A program made the position numbers and the translations under genes. Of a stretch of DNA of 64,000 nt, positions 49,707 through 57,347 are shown piece by piece (the first letter of the stretch is position 1; each line of letters opens with the position of its first letter). The notes below the pieces were generated by a model that worked only from the letters and a program-made list of their open reading frames with translations, was not told the origin of the DNA and did no database searches. The stretch is from Obrimoposthia wandeli (taxonomy: Eukaryota): NCBI GenBank assembly GCA_977020255.1, contig CDROCS010002607.1, forward strand, positions 1 to 64,000, given 5' to 3'.

Positions 49707-52700
49707 ATCAGCGCAAGCTAATGACTTGCACTTACTAGGGATTCCTCGTTCATGTGGAAAAATTGCAATCCACAATTCCTGATACGACAGTGTTTCAGCA
49801 GGTTACCCGGCCATTTCTAGCTAGGATTGAATACTCGCTGATACTGCCATTGTAGCGCGCGTGCGGCCCCGGACATCTAAGGGCATCACAGACCTGTTAT
49901 TGCTCCATCTCATTTGGCTAAAGGCCATTGATTCCTCTAAGAAGTCAGTTTGTGCTACTTATCACACAAATACTATTTAGCAGGTTAGAATCTCGTTCGT
50001 TATCGGAATTAACCAGACAAATCACTCCACCAACTAAGAACGGCCATGCACCACCACCCACTGAATAGATTCTATACCATGGGTCTTTCTACAAAACCTC
50101 TCAATATGACCATTTCTTTTACAACTATTACAATATAACGGTTTCGTACACTCTCTTGATGAGTGTTTTTCACTATTACAGTTCCATCATTTAAAAGTAG
50201 ACGTTTTTTACTTTTATTATTTAAATTATAATAAGCATATTTCTTAATATTATTTTTAATTAAACTATTAATACTAACCGTGAGAGTGTATACTTGATTC
50301 TTCAGCTCTGCGATGTCTGCTTTCAATTCCTTCGCATAATCCAGTTCTGTCATTCTATAAACTAGTGACGCTTGGTCTTTAGAGCGCTCTATTTCTTTTT
50401 TACCAACTCGTACGCTTCTTCGAGTGTCTTCAGTTGCAGCATCTTTAATGCCTTCTGACATTTTTCGCATATATTTTTATCAGATGGTACACATTGTTTA
50501 GTACCAATCTAACTTTAATAAACAGTACGAATGACTGTGGATTCCGCTAAATAATTAGTTAAAAACGTTTGGGAACAAGGCCTTGCCCAAGGCGACTTCA
50601 AATTTGACTAACCATATTTGTGGCTATCGCGATTTGCAATTGCTACAAAACTGTCCCCTCGTCTCAAGACATGCATATGATAGGATATATCGGGGCTACA
50701 GTTGAAGATAACGGCAAACAACTTTGAGAGAAGTGAGAATCGTTGTAGAGAATAAATTTCAGAGGTTGCCGTGTAGAATAATGGAAATATTACGCAAGAA
50801 ATACAATTAGAAAGCAACTCTGCTTGTCATCTTATTTTATGTTTCATTGACAAGTACTGTTCAAGCTAGTGTGAAAGAAATACATGGTGAGGTGGTGCAT
50901 TTAACTTGTTAATTTGAAGATATTTAAAGGGTCTTACGGAGATGGGTATGAAACCCCATTTGTCAAAATAAGGAAAACTGAATCTCAATTCCGGACGGAT
51001 CTAAGACTACCCGTCATCAATCATGCAGTTATAGATATTTATAACATTGCAATGATGTAGAATTTGTGAAATTATAAAAGAGGATCTGTACCACAAATCG
51101 TCTTAAAAGATTAAAACTCCAGATGGGAAATTTATCTTCTTTCTTAAATTGTAAAAATGTAAATATTCCTGACAAAAATACAAGTGGAAAACACTGGAAA
51201 CAATTATGGAAATTATTTATTATTGGTCTGACAGACATTACAAATTTGTTTTTTATAAAATTACATTCTGTAATGATATTGGGATTATTCATGCTTAATG
51301 GTGACACGAAAAAGTGTTTGTGTAGGATCGTCAATGGTCCGAAATAATTTATTCCAACTATCAACATCAAACAATTATTTTCAGGAAGACACTCGCGCCT
51401 GCCAAAGATCTGAAGTAAATGATAATTGGTTCAGAAATAAAAACAACAATATTTTAATTTTGCCTCCTCAAAGTTCAAAGCTTAATTGGATTGAAAATGT
51501 GTGGAGCGCAGAAGCACAAAAATATATGAACGAAATAAATCAATCAAAATTGGAACGAAGAAGGAAATTTTGCAGTCCTGGAAAAACTTGGATCCTGGAT
51601 ACAGCAAAATATTATATCTATGGACATTAGGATAAATTGTATTTAAATATAAAGTTTTATTTTAGTATTTGTATTTTGTACAAAGTTTTCTACTTTACAT
51701 GAGCTCTATAACTTAAGAATCCGAATATGTACAAACCTTAAAAATGTAAAGCAATTGAACTAATTAGAATAAAAAACATATCTGACAATATAAAAATGTT
51801 TATTAATATGTCATTTTAAAATAAATGTAAAAGTTGTATTAGCTATGTTTATTTGCATTTGTTCTAAGAATATCGGTGTAGTTTCATATCGCAGACCACG
51901 AAGACAGAGCGCGATATTGTGCAATTGCACGTGCATACCTGGCCTGACCACTCAGCTCCGAATCTCGAGTTCTTCGACAAGCTCCTCTTCAGAGTCCACC
52001 AGTTAACGGCTGCGTCTGCGATCAACCCCTTCATGATCCACTGCGGGTATATATACATATGCTAAAACTTTGGTAACATACACACCGGATAATGATGGTA
52101 ATCTTATTAAATTCATATTATAACAAATTTTGGATAAAATAAATAATTGTTTTTCATGATAGATCCATATTTGTTTTGAGCACTGCAAAACAGTGGATGA
52201 AGCAAATCTACCATTATTAAGAAGCAAACGAGTTATGAGATTAACAACTTTTATGCAAGATGGGGCTACACCTCACACAGCAAACATGGCAAAATAATAC
52301 TGGTCACACGAGTTCGGGAGAAGAGGGATTGGAACTTGATTTCACGAGTTTTGGCTAGCCAGATCACCAGATTCAAATCGTTGTTATTTCTGGTTATGGG
52401 GGACTTGAGCTCAAAGCTGTTATTCAAATGAAAGAGCAGGTCAGAAATGACCCTCAAGTACTTCAATGTTTAGAAGCGTGGAAGAATTGATGTTTTAAAT
52501 GAGAATTCAGTGAAGAACATGGTGAATGTTTCCGTCGAGGTACTGCGGGAATGAAAAGACACAGTCAAGGGAAATATAATTGCAATATGATGGCTGATTA
52601 CTGCTGGAGTTCAGAGCGAGATATTTCCCAATCAAACTACACAGACGATCAAAATGGAAATATTTCCTAATTAAAATGTTTGACTTCTAGAAATATGTAG

Positions 52701-55072
52701 CGAGAAAATTAGATGTGATAAAGATTTAACAGTGGTTTTATTCGATTCTTGTAATACTTTGTTGACAGAATTTAATTGACAGTTGTTTTTGTTGTTGGAA
52801 CAAATGTGCAGTGCTTTGGTTTGTGCTGTTTCTTCTCGCTTAAAATTGTATTGTAGTATTATTTGTATTTTAGATTATATTTAAACTATTCTGTGTGTGT
52901 CGGTGATAATGACCTTGTTCCATTTGTTGCCCAATCAGCGCTGGGGTTGGCAGGACTGGCACTCTGATCTGCATCGACCGCATCATCAAGCAGCTGATCA
53001 GGGGTGGTCAAGATATCAACATATACGACACTGTCATGGCCTTGCGACGGCACCGGAACTTCATGGTCCAACGAAAGGTCAGATCAAACATTGTCCCATT
53101 TGGCAGAGAGGGAATTATAATGTCCCCACAGCTTTGGTCAGGCTCACCTTCCTCTTTCCCCTGAAGCTAAATGAAGTTCCCCATCCCATAATGGCTCTAA
53201 CAACCATTTGAGCTAAATGAAGGAAGTTTATTTAGTTAATACACTTTTCAAATTTGGGTATTTTAAGATTAAATATTTTTGAAGCAGGGTTGTGCACTAC
53301 TAGACAGCATTTTTCACTATTTAGTAATTTAAAGTTATTTTAATACAGGTTCAATCAAAGTGTGTCGGATTATTCTGAAGTTTGATAACTTTAAATTGTT
53401 AGTTGCAATTTTAATTTTCTTGGTTTCATTTTTCAATTTTGTATATTAAGAGAAAAATTATATCCAATTTTGGTACGAGAGTGGAAGATTATGAATAAAA
53501 TAGAAACAATCAATAAGAAAGAAAGAACAGGCTCCGTGTGTGTTGAATGGAGAGATTGTGGTCGTCTAAAAGTTTCCCCATCTTAGAACAATGTCACAAA
53601 AGTTAAAGCGACAACAACCCTTATTTGTCACCTCGTCGATCATCTGCACAATTGAACTCAACACAATCACGAAATCAGCACACACCACATAAAGGGGGTA
53701 AGTAATAACCAGTTATACAAGATTAATCCATCCGTTAAAGGAGACGATTTAGACAAAAGGAAAGAATTTTGTGAAAGCTTCGCAGTGATTTTTGATGAAT
53801 ATTTCCTGAGTGACGAATCGATTTTTAACTAAGACTATAAATGTCAATTTAATTCTAAAATTTCATTTTGGCAATTCCGAATGTCAAAATATGTAGGATG
53901 GTTCAAATGGATCTCAGAGAAATTAAAGGAAAATATTGTCAAAATGAGAACATTGAAAAAGCCTGCAAATGTTTGCTTAGACGTAGCAAGTTTTGTCTTG
54001 AGGCAGTTATTTGACATTATTTGACAGTTCATTGTAATGCTGTTTTCGAAGACGCAACTTTATTTTAGAATGGGTTGTGATAGATCAGAGCCTTTGTGTA
54101 AGTTACGGGAAACTATAATAAGGTTCTCTCTGTACTGAATTTGTGGTTATATCCGTGGAAAACTAATTGTAAGAACGAAATTCATGATTTGCCAGGAAAG
54201 TATATTCAAATATTAAAATTCATATTTCCGAATGTAAACTCTCCCACAATGTCATTTCTTTACTATTCGTAAATTGAAATAACTCGACTGTGCATGTTAG
54301 AATTGTGCCTCCAGATCAATAATTAAAAATAAATGAATATAACCGTATGTGGGGTCTTGAGAGATCCCAAGATAACAGCTGTAGAATTTGGGAGTTTCAG
54401 AATCATCGTGTGGTAATGGAGAAGGGGTCAACGTACCAAATGTCCATGTTTAAGTTGGCTTCAGCAAAGATCGTCTTATTGGACCTTTCTTAGATGAGCA
54501 AGATGAGCAAAGGTCACCTTGTGCTGTTGCAGGGATGATTATCTTCTGTGGCGGTACGTGAGAGACCAGCTATTTCCATCGCCGCGGCCACTCTGCGAGA
54601 GTAGAAGTCGCGAATATAGACGGGTTGGGAGAAATGAAGATATTCGATATCCTGAGTCAGGCGATTTCGAGTCTTCTATAAAGATGCCATTTGTGGATTG
54701 TGCATCCTGTTGAAGACCATAAAAATTAAAATAACCATTTATATTTGTTGTCATTTTCTATTCTGGTGTGGTATATTTATTAGAGGAAAGGTTGTTCTCA
54801 TTTAAATTGCCTAAGCTATTAAACACCCTCCTGCATATCGCTGTGTGTCATATAAATTGAGAGCCACAGTTGTTGGATGTAGGTTTATGTCTTTTGTATT
54901 TGAGGGTTTACAGCAGCCGGGAATCTCACAGCTGGCCACAATGTGGGCAATTATATCATCTTTTGTGTGGTTGTATCTGACTTCTCTTTTCTGATCCAGG
55001 CCCAGTACATCTTCATCCATGAGTACATCGACTATTTCTTGACGAAACACATGAAGCAGGACGACCAAGAAG
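1220..55072 (+). CDS. Multi-exon receptor-type protein tyrosine phosphatase (signal peptide, FN3 repeats, kringle, FN3, TM, single visible PTP domain); 3' end unresolved
   Basis: Manually assembled GT-AG exons with consistent phases: 1220-1384, 1419-1666, 1845-2157, 2271-2454, 2527-2672, 2712-2865, 3888-4078, 4789-4987, 5093-5326, 6611-6783, 6835-7045, 8397-8484, probably 9018-9046, [juxtamembrane exons unresolved], 15049-15183, 16895-17114, 41498-41654, 51895-52046, 52939-53077, 55000-55072. PTP motifs in order: [74 protein letters not shown]. Confidence 0.88.
1845..4987 (+). CDS. RPTP extracellular fibronectin type III exons
   Basis: FN3-type motifs: [80 protein letters not shown]; canonical splice sites with matching phases. 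Confidence 0.8.
2455..2510 (+). repeat. (GTGA)14 microsatellite at an intron 5' end
   Basis: Read directly; begins at the splice donor. Confidence 0.95.
2969..3043. repeat. 31-bp tandem repeat, about 2.4 copies
   Basis: Unit gtcatcgagatggtctcatcagctgcacttg. Confidence 0.85.
3640..3712 (+). mobile_element. tRNA-derived SINE head or tRNA pseudogene
   Basis: A-box-like TGGTTCAGTAG and B-box-like GGTTCAATTTCC at tRNA spacing; aligns by eye to 14108-14180; stems do not pair. Confidence 0.5.
4116..4289. repeat. 47-bp tandem repeat, about 3.7 copies
   Basis: Unit ggaataatgctcatctattgaatcaccacactcttcctctgcagtgg at 4116, 4163, 4210, plus a partial copy. Confidence 0.9.
5093..5326 (+). CDS. RPTP exon encoding a kringle domain
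   Basis: Phase 1-1 exon of 234 nt: [27 protein letters not shown]...LESNIC...RPWC...YDYCDVPRC, matching kringle spacing (C..Y.G...T.SG..C..W, N.C, PWC, YC.VP.C). Confidence 0.8.
5700..6095 (+). mobile_element. DNA transposase C-terminal relic (Mutator-like type)
   Basis: Degenerate TQN.NE....IW....[22 protein letters not shown]...LGI pattern; frameshifted. Confidence 0.4.
6611..7045 (+). CDS. RPTP membrane-proximal FN3 exons (6611-6783, 6835-7045)
   Basis: [16 protein letters not shown] and [16 protein letters not shown] motifs; 51-nt GT-AG intron at 6784-6834. Confidence 0.8.
8102..8325. repeat. About 64-bp direct repeat pair followed by a hAT-like terminal motif
   Basis: cagtacaggaagac..aatcgtataaa..gctcaaatt..aagaaacgc at 8102 and 8186; aaaggttgggaaccgctg at 8308-8325 resembles a Charlie/hAT TIR end; partner TIR not found. 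Confidence 0.45.
8397..8484 (+). CDS. RPTP transmembrane exon
   Basis: Acceptor cctccttgcag; translation [20 protein letters not shown] followed by KAK; phase-compatible with the upstream exon; donor GTATGT. Confidence 0.75.
9782..10249 (-). mobile_element. Tc1/mariner transposase relic
   Basis: W..VFSDE..F..NGPD....W....R....FMVW pattern typical of Tc1 DDE domains; degenerate. Confidence 0.6.
12440..12640 (+). mobile_element. Possible Merlin/IS1595-like transposase relic
   Basis: Short degenerate NTVMDW.SF.RD.C segment only. Confidence 0.25.
12964..13384 (+). mobile_element. Possible retrotransposon gag relic
   Basis: Two overlapping helical-looking ORFs (IEDFIED..., DYFEKI) in AT-rich intron; no diagnostic motif. 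Confidence 0.25.
14108..14180 (+). mobile_element. tRNA-derived SINE head or tRNA pseudogene
   Basis: GCCACGATAGTTCAGTG...GGTTCAATTTCCGGCCGTGACA; partial acceptor stem, A/B boxes, unpaired anticodon arm. Confidence 0.55.
15049..17114 (+). CDS. PTP domain exons 15049-15183 and 16895-17114
   Basis: [11 protein letters not shown] splices in phase to [44 protein letters not shown]. Confidence 0.9.
16200..16520 (+). mobile_element. pogo/Tigger-like transposase relic
   Basis: CENP-B-type WC.RFMKRNN.S.R segment followed by NMDEVP across frameshifts. Confidence 0.55.
18750..19327. repeat. About 175-bp tandem repeat, about 3.3 copies
   Basis: Near-identical units starting cagcaggaactgggcaaggg at 18920, 19096, 19271, plus a first unit from about 18750. 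Confidence 0.95.
19455..19696. repeat. 17-bp tandem repeat, about 14 copies
   Basis: Unit gagcctagctggttaga; ends directly at the Polinton terminus at 19697. Confidence 0.95.
19697..21205. mobile_element. Internally deleted Polinton derivative (TIR, (CACCA)n, gap, two pPolB fragments)
   Basis: AGTAGGTGGATGTGTCCGG terminus at 19697 and again at 19765; 46-bp-repeat remnants; N gap 20296-20740; 20750-21205 matches polB segments at about 33465-33640 and 34915-35255. Confidence 0.85.
21206..21450 (+). pseudogene. Partial duplicate of PTP exon 16895-17114 plus start of its intron
   Basis: 21211-21450 matches 16942-17181 with two visible substitutions (caa/cac, cacc/caac); donor retained, native acceptor lost. 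Confidence 0.9.
24597..25180. repeat. 56-bp satellite, left part (about 10.5 units)
   Basis: Unit gggctgtcattatcgagggatatgttgactacttcaatgggaaaggtacaaaagaa. Confidence 0.95.
25181..25837 (+). repeat. Left TIR of Polinton copy 1
   Basis: Reverse complement of 40342-40953; includes a subterminal palindrome, two 46-bp repeats, (CACCA)n and an N gap at 25488-25642. Confidence 0.93.
25831..26151 (-). pseudogene. 3'-truncated copy of the 158-aa Polinton hypothetical protein
   Basis: Matches 60873-61349 up to RGAD, then runs into the TIR. Confidence 0.85.
26315..26847 (+). CDS. TBP (TATA-binding protein)-like protein, 164 aa, join(26315-26438,26477-26847)
   Basis: Spliced ORF gives two TBP-like repeats: [16 protein letters not shown] and [33 protein letters not shown], compared with TBP consensus LIFSSGK.V.TGAK and YEPE.FPGL; 38-nt GT-AG intron. 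Confidence 0.8.
26831..27112 (+). CDS. Polinton hypothetical protein with C-terminal hydrophobic segment
   Basis: 93-aa ORF conserved at 62132-62413; ends [23 protein letters not shown]. Confidence 0.6.
   Translation: MFQMNNTINRDNEVDRLADEIFSGKIRGKEILSELKNNDITRDNIQILVRSHVIREFRNRTQINKIIAKYSLINFCISSTIALTLYISIRKLL
27150..27793 (+). pseudogene. Packaging ATPase (A32/FtsK-HerA type), frameshifted
   Basis: Walker A GPSGSGKT, Walker B IIIDD; 1-nt deletion at about 27440 relative to the intact copy 62451-63098. Confidence 0.9.
27801..27950 (+). pseudogene. Lysine-rich micro-ORF (about 49 aa) with internal stop
   Basis: [38 protein letters not shown]...; homolog starting at 63106 has its stop at a different codon. 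Confidence 0.45.
27971..28309 (+). CDS. Conserved Polinton small basic protein (PW-like)
   Basis: Basic helical ORF ending [17 protein letters not shown], a glycine-pair plus hydrophobic tail recognised from Maverick PW proteins; homolog at 63278-63607. Confidence 0.65.
   Translation: MKKIQRSIPYFKALVKASSNKRMIILKAFPSFVVDDLLEVLYNIVLGRVKVENRKNILKKYRKTLLDIANVKSKKRKRNIILKQNGGFIGAVIPVVASIISSIIYTFINNYF
28324..28491 (+). CDS. Candidate overprinted lipidated ORF (MGASPS..CC), 55 aa here and 72 aa in copy 2
   Basis: ATG 58 nt upstream of the integrase ATG in another frame; homolog at 63636-63854. Confidence 0.4.
   Translation: MGASPSLPELKFSFYSNCCNGEDMVQSKRSNWLHRSFKISKKNKTKLQENAEMAE
28382..29411 (+). 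pseudogene. Polinton retroviral-like integrase with C-terminal chromodomain, disrupted
   Basis: [14 protein letters not shown] and [12 protein letters not shown] motifs; YFVKWHGY chromodomain; TAA at 28811-28813 and a frameshift near 28990. Confidence 0.92.
29408..30466 (+). CDS. Minor capsid (penton-like) protein
   Basis: LPSN..., [28 protein letters not shown] and P.YLPV motifs typical of Maverick pentons; intact 352 aa. Confidence 0.85.
   Translation: MNSMYMVLPSNGCPKTQPDNDVSSFIIDWENSINLQGEWEAALTEFSFYYSPITIKKNSHISFTKEVDHEKTTEVVIGFDSKGQFYYNCIDKEVKVIFENNKVRFKNRLKFLQVIKINFESKKEALQFSFDSEQTVARNKRDIISSNSVRNVPGRVAKVLLLETRPKTVVELKTFSKDYKIDSEVNFYKLIQKECSEYLDICETLNGKLTFTVKSNIKRVSFDDKLAKNLGLNRNTFETHTIKTIKAKNKAKLLNAVNHLYIYTNLIEPTLVGGQRVPLLRTIWISKNETRDGDAVGMCIDQPMYLPVSLFSINNIEVNIRDDSGQLKDFTYGAKTSLTIHLRKQNGESSNN
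30444..30821 (+). CDS. Conserved Polinton PZ-like protein with amphipathic helix
   Basis: [34 protein letters not shown]; position between minor and major capsid genes. Confidence 0.65.
   Translation: MANPAIIEAYSQSQQGGELPYFVGKQYGSGWLRTLGRFAFPILKRLGRFISKLGKDYLSSNDNKLIPTFKKHALDELDNVLPEVANLIRKRKSNKSQGGSGFKSKMKLKININKRKKVEGTMIAK
30818..32046 (+). pseudogene. Major capsid (hexon-like double jelly-roll) protein, single frameshift
   Basis: [22 protein letters not shown] and [12 protein letters not shown] motifs; a 1-nt shift at about 31648 rejoins ORF 31702-32046. Confidence 0.88.
32048..32428 (+). CDS. Adenain-like cysteine protease, 112 aa, join(32048-32052,32095-32428)
   Basis: GEHW, FDP, QYQ and CG catalytic motifs; removing a 42-nt GTAAGA..TTTAG intron restores [17 protein letters not shown]. 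Confidence 0.85.
32703..37118 (-). pseudogene. Protein-primed DNA polymerase B locus with spliced N-terminal extension, disrupted
   Basis: YADFES, HNH-like [48 protein letters not shown]; stops at 34892 and 33945, frameshifts near 34225 and 35325; 5' exons 37118-37110, 37062-36537, 36468-36397, 36352 onward. Confidence 0.9.
37319..37807 (-). CDS. Putative DEDD/RNase H-fold exonuclease-like accessory protein
   Basis: N-terminal IIDFEAF..Y.IKEL motif and C-terminal C..H..HC cluster; intact 162 aa. Confidence 0.45.
   Translation of the reverse strand: MQEYIIDFEAFINKNGDYIIKELCIMDVCDVFHPLHFIFHIDIPFKSLDYKKKFTNLYLTKYFHLLKWKEGHKAFCEICIFDTIKFNFEIENGIFYVLDDMDGKKYMTLKKYFPKLRLNTLNISRDHLLKIPRNIFCPYRNHGDHCAYKKCLSLSYYYLTCR
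37930..38250 (-). CDS. Charged coiled-coil hypothetical protein
   Basis: Intact 106-aa ORF with upstream TATA; diverged homolog at 57348-57683. Confidence 0.65.
   Translation of the reverse strand: MEFIKMKSLVTKIEANIRINEKKGDLRKRVLNQNLYTAVATEWNHRVEIQDRRLAERRRIVEWNKKIELEKRKVDEKRREEMEDVRRAARKRILQIKPEEGPSTKK
38443..40249 (-). CDS. Multi-exon low-complexity acidic/basic protein, about 555-560 aa
   Basis: Exons 40249-39542, 39496-39362, 39323-39177, 39135 onward join in phase 0 through 45, 38 and 41-nt AT-rich GT-AG introns; a possible fifth 36-nt intron at 38478-38443. Confidence 0.72.
40283..40291 (-). promoter_or_regulatory. TATA box of the right-end gene
   Basis: TATATAAAG on the minus strand, 34 nt upstream of ATG 40249. 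Confidence 0.55.
40342..40953 (-). repeat. Right TIR of Polinton copy 1
   Basis: Inverted match to 25181-25837; three 46-bp repeats and a (TGGTG)n tract. Confidence 0.93.
40954..41257. repeat. 56-bp satellite, right part (about 5.5 units)
   Basis: Resumes in register at tatgttgactac after the Polinton. Confidence 0.95.
41498..41654 (+). CDS. PTP domain exon
   Basis: Phase-2 acceptor ctcccag; [16 protein letters not shown] continues IVMLT from exon 16895-17114. Confidence 0.9.
43790..44215. repeat. Degenerate purine-rich tandem repeat
   Basis: Recurrent ggaaatctcatggaagttgagtggtttaaggaggaaaataacg modules. Confidence 0.8.
45741..46202 (-). pseudogene. Diverged homolog of the Polinton 158/134-aa protein family
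   Basis: [25 protein letters not shown] and, past a TGA, KPIWKI align with [31 protein letters not shown]. Confidence 0.65.
46386..46433. repeat. Degenerate interstitial (CCCTAA)n telomere-like tract
   Basis: Five CCCTAA hexamers in 48 nt. Confidence 0.7.
47390..48720 (-). mobile_element. hAT (SPIN/Charlie, GTF2IRD2-like) transposase relic
   Basis: YFF....[44 protein letters not shown] and STYLCES fragments. Confidence 0.8.
49661..50066 (-). rRNA. 18S rRNA internal fragment (about 400 nt, 3' major domain), non-functional copy
   Basis: Universal motifs in reverse orientation (gacgggcggtgtgtacaaagggcagggacg, ggacatctaagggcatcacagacctg, ccatgcaccaccaccca); homology stops abruptly at both ends. 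Confidence 0.92.
50960..51560 (+). mobile_element. Tc1-like transposase relic
   Basis: YFQED..CQ.S...WF....[18 protein letters not shown], compared with the Tc1 consensus FQQDNAP.H..WP.QSPDLNPIENVW. Confidence 0.7.
51895..55072 (+). CDS. PTP domain exons 51895-52046, 52939-53077, 55000-55072
   Basis: WPDHSAP loop; HC-G/AGVGRTG P-loop split by a phase-2 intron; MVQRK/AQYIFIH Q-loop. Confidence 0.9.
52170..52520 (+). mobile_element. mariner-like transposase relic
   Basis: [11 protein letters not shown] and W.ARSPD...FWLWG. Confidence 0.7.
53740..54730 (+). mobile_element. Further mariner-like fragments
   Basis: KRKEFCE..FLSDES, LIGPF and DY.LW.Y pieces; highly degraded. Confidence 0.4.
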
Positions 55073-56299
55073 GTAAGTAACTGAGGTGCCCATTCCGAAC
55101 AAAACATCAAGGAGTCATAAGATCATTTAACTCCTAAAGAAATGATGAAAAAATATTTCAGGGCTCATAAGAATCCCATTTTGTAGCAGTTTTAATTTAT
55201 CCGCAGTAACCCTCAGATCTAAAATTGACTACCCCGATAAATGATGATGTCCTAAAGTTATCATACTACCTCAAAGTCCGGGTAGGAGGGAGATAGAAAG
55301 ACATTTGCCCTGCAATCAATCTCCTAGTGCATAAATGAGTGTACTCTCAATATCGGGTAGTACTCTCATTTCTGGACAATGACTCGCACCACTCTGAACA
55401 GTTCTTAATTTCCATAGTGAATCTTCATTACAGTTCAGGTACGCCTTATGTATAAATCGCTTATTTAATTGTTCCATATAATCATTTTCGGGACTTGGAT
55501 TACCTTTCACGAGTTTCCTCTGAAGTGTTCTTTTCCTTAATTCTGATCATTTTGTGAACTTTTTATCTAAAATTTAATACATTGAAATTTGCATTGAAAG
55601 TTATTTTTTAACAATTAAACTTGGAAACTTTTGGAAAAACTCTAAAGAAACTCTATAACCGTTAAGCTTATTTTAAAAATGGAATTATTTTCATTTGTGA
55701 ATCATCACAACGAAAAAAGCAAACTGGGGGTTTATTGCGGGGTCGGGGAGGGAATTCGGTTGACTAGACCATCTAAATTTGGGACCTCACTAATGTTCCC
55801 ATGTTGAAAAATGTTTATTCCCTCGACCCTTTCAGAACCGCTCTATTTCAATGACGATCATGACCGAGAAGAGCACTGACCCAGTTTACATTGTCTGCAC
55901 CAAACCATTGATTGCTCTTCATATGCTCAATTTGTCCCTTCTGATTTTTCTGCCTCGGAGAAATTCCTAATTTTCGAGATTTTTGAGAATTATTTCATGA
56001 ATCTGAAACTTTTACTGGAGATTTTATATTTACAAAACATTTTTATAACAATTAAACTTTTTGATTTTATTATCTTATTCGGTCTCTTTCCCAACATTCC
56101 ATTTTGACTTGAATAAAACACAACAGTCTCGTTAGTATTTCCCATAGTTTTGAGAACTTTTAGTTACCTAATAACTAATTAGTACATTATTCTTGTTGCT
56201 CTTAATGGATCTTCTCATATTTAATTTGTTAAAATGTTTGCTCACTATATTTGTTGCCTTGAATGTACATAATCACAAATAAATAATTGGTACATACTG

Positions 56300-56635
56300 T
56301 GTTATGTCAATACGAATAGGAAGAAGTGATCCCGGGAATCTTATAGTAGTGGTTTCAAAGGTCATTGATGGAAGTTATGAAATTGCTACATCTAGTGGTC
56401 ATTTAAAGAGCCGTTTTAGAAGAAATGTAACAATAGACTGATTGAGCTTGAAGATGTACCTGGAAATGTCATTTCTTTGAGATCGGCTGTAAAAGAGCAG
56501 TCGAAAATGGATGGCCAAGGGTACATTAAATGCTTTTGCAAGGGAGAATGTGTTACAAGACGATGTAAATGTGTAAAAATGAATTTAAACTGCAATGCAA
56601 GATGTCATAATTCACTTATCTGTAGAAATAAATAA
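56300..56635 (+). mobile_element. 3' end of a Ginger2/KRBA2-like integrase relic
   Basis: GRSDPGNLIVVV...ISLRSAVKEQS..GQGYIKCFCKGECVTRRCKCVKMNLNCNARCHNSLICRNK-stop Cys-rich tail. Confidence 0.65.
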
Positions 56636-57347
56636 ATTAATATTTGTTCTTATTTTTTAAGACATTGGATATTAAAGATTCAAATTATAAATTAATAAAT
56701 ATTTATAAAAAGCTATTGTATCATTAAAATGAAATACTTTTTATTTTAAAAATTAAATATTTATAGTTATAAATTAAAATTTATAATTTAAATTCTCGTA
56801 TCTAATTAATTTATAAAAATAAGTAGAAATATTAATTAAAAGAATGTTAAAAAAATAGTTATAAAACAGATATAAATTATTTATTTGTGGTTATGTACAT
56901 TCAACTATTTTTCCCGTTGAATGTATACATTCAATGTTTTAACCGTTAAACAATAAATTAAATTTAAAAAATGTTTTTAAAACGAGTTGAAATATGAAAT
57001 GTTAAAGTAATTCGAAACCTTGAAGAGGTCATAAAATAAGTTTTTAAGGAAGATGAAAATGTGAAAAAGAGCCGAGAAAGATAATTACGAAAAGATAGTT
57101 TTAAAAATGTTGGTAGGCAAGGTGATGTGACTAGTGAGGTGAAAGACCCCGAAGGGATATATAATTACACATGGCAGATGGTAATTATGTCATATTGATA
57201 CTTAGTCTAATAAATTTAAATATTAATAAGAAAAACATACACTACTTACGAAAAATAATAATATAAAATTTAATAATTCATCTAGTAATATTTAAAGATT
57301 CATTACATAGTTAAAAGACAAAAGACAGCAATTTTAAAAACAAATAT

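Larger units (their letters stand above)
42097..50500 (-). mobile_element. Fragmented Ty3/gypsy LTR retrotransposon with nested insertions
   Basis: gag zinc knuckle [14 protein letters not shown] near 50100; RT (IEHKIEL, DFRRLN, YLDD) 47310-46680; integrase H2C2 46660-46440; integrase core ([16 protein letters not shown]) 43070-42730; polypurine tract 42253-42272 then a TG..CA candidate LTR at 42252-42097. Confidence 0.8.

Noticed and set aside
49320-50070. Complete rRNA gene or operon
   Set aside because: Only about 400 nt match 18S; the conserved 3' terminus and the 5' region are absent. 49320-49660 could not be assigned (weak Tc1-like hint only).
55073-55140. Terminal exon after a 39-nt intron (GVIRSFNS-stop)
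   Set aside because: The acceptor (catcaag) lacks a pyrimidine tract; the gene may instead continue beyond the window, possibly with a second PTP domain.
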